Below are positions 61,796-64,000 of a DNA stretch of 64,000 nucleotides, piece by piece. Numbering within the stretch: position 1 is the first letter of the stretch; each line of letters opens with the position of its first letter. A program made the position numbers and the translations under genes. This DNA comes from Nitrospirota bacterium (lineage in GTDB: Bacteria > Nitrospirota > Nitrospiria > Nitrospirales > Nitrospiraceae): contig CAVPBK010000009.1 of the NCBI GenBank assembly GCA_963701855.1, positions 160,001 through 224,000 of the forward strand. The letters run 5' to 3'. The notes under the pieces are model-generated. The model was given only the letters and a program-made list of their open reading frames with translations. It was not told where the DNA came from and made no database searches.

Positions 61796-62620
61796 ATGAA
61801 TAAGGCAAAGATCCTCACGTATTGGATTGTGCCAATGCTGATGATGGAACTGATGGGGACTGGCGCAGGGCTCGCTATTGCCGAACCGTACCAGGTGATC
61901 GATGTCACGGACGGCGGCACCATTACTGGAGTGGCGACATGGAAAGGCGAGCTTCCTGAGATCCCGCCAATCCAGGTCGAAGCAGACACAGAAATATGTG
62001 GCGAAGAGGTCCCATCTCAGGCGTTGCTGGTCAATTCGAAAAACAACGGCGTACCGTTCGTTCTTGTCTACCTTGAAGGGGTTGAGAAGGGGAAGGCACC
62101 CGCGGACAAATACTGGCTCCATATGACGAACTGCCAATTCAAGGAGCACATTTTCCCATTTGTCCGAAGCCAAGTGATGGCGATGGTCAACCACGACCCA
62201 TTTTTCCACAACCCACATTTTTTCAACACAAGGAATGCCTCACTCCTGAACGTGCCCATGCCCGACCCAGATTTGGAAATCGACCACAAGTTTCTGCGGA
62301 CCCCCCTGAAGAACGAAAAGGGTGTGATGCGGCTTCAGTGTGATGTCCATAACAACATGAACGCCTATTGGGCTGGATTTAATCATCCATATTTTGCGGT
62401 CACGGACGCGAACGGAAAGTTTGAGATTAGCGGGGTTCCGCCCGGTAAGTACACCGTGGTCGCCTGGCACGAGGGCTATAAGGTTATTATAAAGGAAGCG
62501 ACCGGGAGGCCATTGTACGATAGGCCGCATATTCGCCAACAGGAGATTGAGGTCAAGCCAAAAGAGACGATTAAAGTCGGCTTTGAGTTCCCCGTCCGAA
62601 AGGTCTATATCGATTTTTGA
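61796..62620 (+). CDS. Secreted carboxypeptidase-regulatory-like/cupredoxin-like domain protein
   Basis: AGGAGG RBS; GGTITG, CQF..H, NHDPFFHNPH, QCDVH..M, HPYFAVTDANGKFEISGVPPGKY.VVAWHE. Confidence 0.75.
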   Translation: MNKAKILTYWIVPMLMMELMGTGAGLAIAEPYQVIDVTDGGTITGVATWKGELPEIPPIQVEADTEICGEEVPSQALLVNSKNNGVPFVLVYLEGVEKGKAPADKYWLHMTNCQFKEHIFPFVRSQVMAMVNHDPFFHNPHFFNTRNASLLNVPMPDPDLEIDHKFLRTPLKNEKGVMRLQCDVHNNMNAYWAGFNHPYFAVTDANGKFEISGVPPGKYTVVAWHEGYKVIIKEATGRPLYDRPHIRQQEIEVKPKETIKVGFEFPVRKVYIDF

Positions 62621-62684
62621 GGAGGAGGTTTAGAAACCTCGAATGGTCGCCGCCTGTGATGACGGCACATCGCACAGGAGGAAC

Positions 62685-64000
62685 ATGATGGGACGAGGGA
62701 AGATGGTTCTACTGGGGGCGTTGGCAGCCTCTCTGCTCACGGCGCTGCCTGTGACCCACGCCTTGGCCAATCCGCCGGAGGCGGACGAAGTGAAAGATGA
62801 ACCGGGCATGGAGTCGCCGGTTTCGCGCGGGATGCCGGATCTTGTACGGTATTGGAACTTCGATCCACCCAAGAGTCCCTTATTTGATATTGGGCGAGTG
62901 ACGATTTCCGGCGACGCACGGATTAGGCCGGAATACCGCAACAATTCGAACTTTGGACTGGCGAGCACAAGTGGTGTTGGCCGTGCCACGGGTGCGAATT
63001 CGCAGGGAGACGCCGCTCAATTTGTCCAACAATGGGCCCGGCTCGGACTCAACTATGCGATGTCGCCTGACGTCGATACCTTCTTTCAGATGCAGTATGC
63101 GGCGAATTGGGGGGCAAACAGCGCGCCTAATACTGCGAACGATCCCAACACGCTCACGAGCGTCGGTGTGCGGCAGGCCTACATCCTGATCCGCAATCTC
63201 GGGGTTGATGGCCTCAACCTGAAGGCAGGCCGGCAGCTCATCGTGATGGGGAACCAACGTTTGTTCGGCAACTTCGATTGGAACAATATCGGGTTCTCCT
63301 TTGACGGTATCACCCTTCAATATTCCCGGAAAATGTACGAAGTCTGGGGCGGCTGGGTGCGTTTAGCCGACGCACAAGCCAACGTCGCTAACTCATCCTG
63401 CGGAACAGGCACCACTGGTTGCGCGGGGGGATCTGGGGCCGTGAACCCCGGCACAGTTGCCGGCGGCACCACCGGGAGTAACAATGCAGACCTCTTCTTT
63501 GTTCGGGTAGCTATCAAGCCCATGGCCAACTTGTCGCTTGAACCTCTCTGGGTATTTCTCGACAACAATGTATCGGTGACAGCGCCGGCAGCCGCCACCA
63601 CCTATTATGGGACGGCAGCGCATGCCCCTGGGCAACAGCGTCATACGCTGGGCGGCCGCGCCGCATTCCGCCAGGGCATGTTCGATGGAACGGCCGAATA
63701 CTATTGGCAGACGGGATCGATGGCCCTTGGTCAGAGCCCGAATCGGCTCCACATCAATGCGCAGGCCCTGGCCGTTGAGGGCGGGGTGACATTTGAGCAA
63801 TTGCCTTGGGAGCCTCGCGTCGGCTTGGAGTTCAACTATGCCTCCGGCGACGGCAACGCGAGTAGATGCAATGGGCAGACCGGGGCCGGTTGCGGCGGCA
63901 ATGCCAACACCTTCGAGAATCTCTATCCAACAAACCATAGTGTTATGGGCTATGCCGATCGGATGGCCTGGAGGAACATGGTCGGCTACAGCACTAGCTT
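62685..64000 (+). CDS. Alginate-export-family outer-membrane porin, truncated by the window end
   Basis: AGGAGG RBS; signal peptide; RIRPEYR, VRQAY, LKAGRQ, QRLFGNFDWNNIGFSFDG, YASGDG, TFENLYPTNH; open to the window end. Confidence 0.85.
   Translation, partial: MMGRGKMVLLGALAASLLTALPVTHALANPPEADEVKDEPGMESPVSRGMPDLVRYWNFDPPKSPLFDIGRVTISGDARIRPEYRNNSNFGLASTSGVGRATGANSQGDAAQFVQQWARLGLNYAMSPDVDTFFQMQYAANWGANSAPNTANDPNTLTSVGVRQAYILIRNLGVDGLNLKAGRQLIVMGNQRLFGNFDWNNIGFSFDGITLQYSRKMYEVWGGWVRLADAQANVANSSCGTGTTGCAGGSGAVNPGTVAGGTTGSNNADLFFVRVAIKPMANLSLEPLWVFLDNNVSVTAPAAATTYYGTAAHAPGQQRHTLGGRAAFRQGMFDGTAEYYWQTGSMALGQSPNRLHINAQALAVEGGVTFEQLPWEPRVGLEFNYASGDGNASRCNGQTGAGCGGNANTFENLYPTNHSVMGYADRMAWRNMVGYSTS

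Noticed and set aside
1..64000. CRISPR array, rRNA, reverse transcriptase, phage structural genes; many antisense ORFs over long genes
   Set aside because: No regularly spaced repeat-spacer units or matching motifs were seen; antisense ORFs are shadows of well-supported genes

Overview
Bacterial chromosomal window, most likely Nitrospira/Nitrospirota (inferred from gene families and style; no database check was possible). Bases 1-11.2 kb look like core genome: a FleSR-like pair, a TPR protein, a FleQ-like sigma54 activator, a DevR/NarL-like regulator, HDOD-sthA and a ferritin-like gene. At about 11.2-17 kb a tRNA-CAT (16234-16309) is flanked by two convergent tyrosine-integrase remnants. The upstream side also has a divergent pair of tiny ribbon-helix-helix-like genes, a HEPN-like gene and a dead IS3. 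From about 17 kb to the end is a large, partly decayed stress/accessory island: GH15 and GH37 trehalase-family genes, glgX-treZ-treY, MscS, solo TIR, PEP-CTERM, FKBP PPIase, DUF4403, an hpnR relic, MlaC, DUF3943, DUF3015, DUF6496, a USP-ABC1 kinase fusion, a SAM-cyclase-STAND-TPR protein, an alginate-export-type porin and many IS scraps. Most notable hidden structure: (1) about 17 copies of a 16-bp palindrome CTRGG-N6-CCTAG, mostly intergenic across the island (candidate regulon); (2) three diverged copies of the same DUF72-like 3' end; (3) a 47-aa metallothionein-like gene below the ORF-track cut-off; (4) a 'mini-integrase' whose tail carries the tRNA promoter. No CRISPR array or rRNA was seen.
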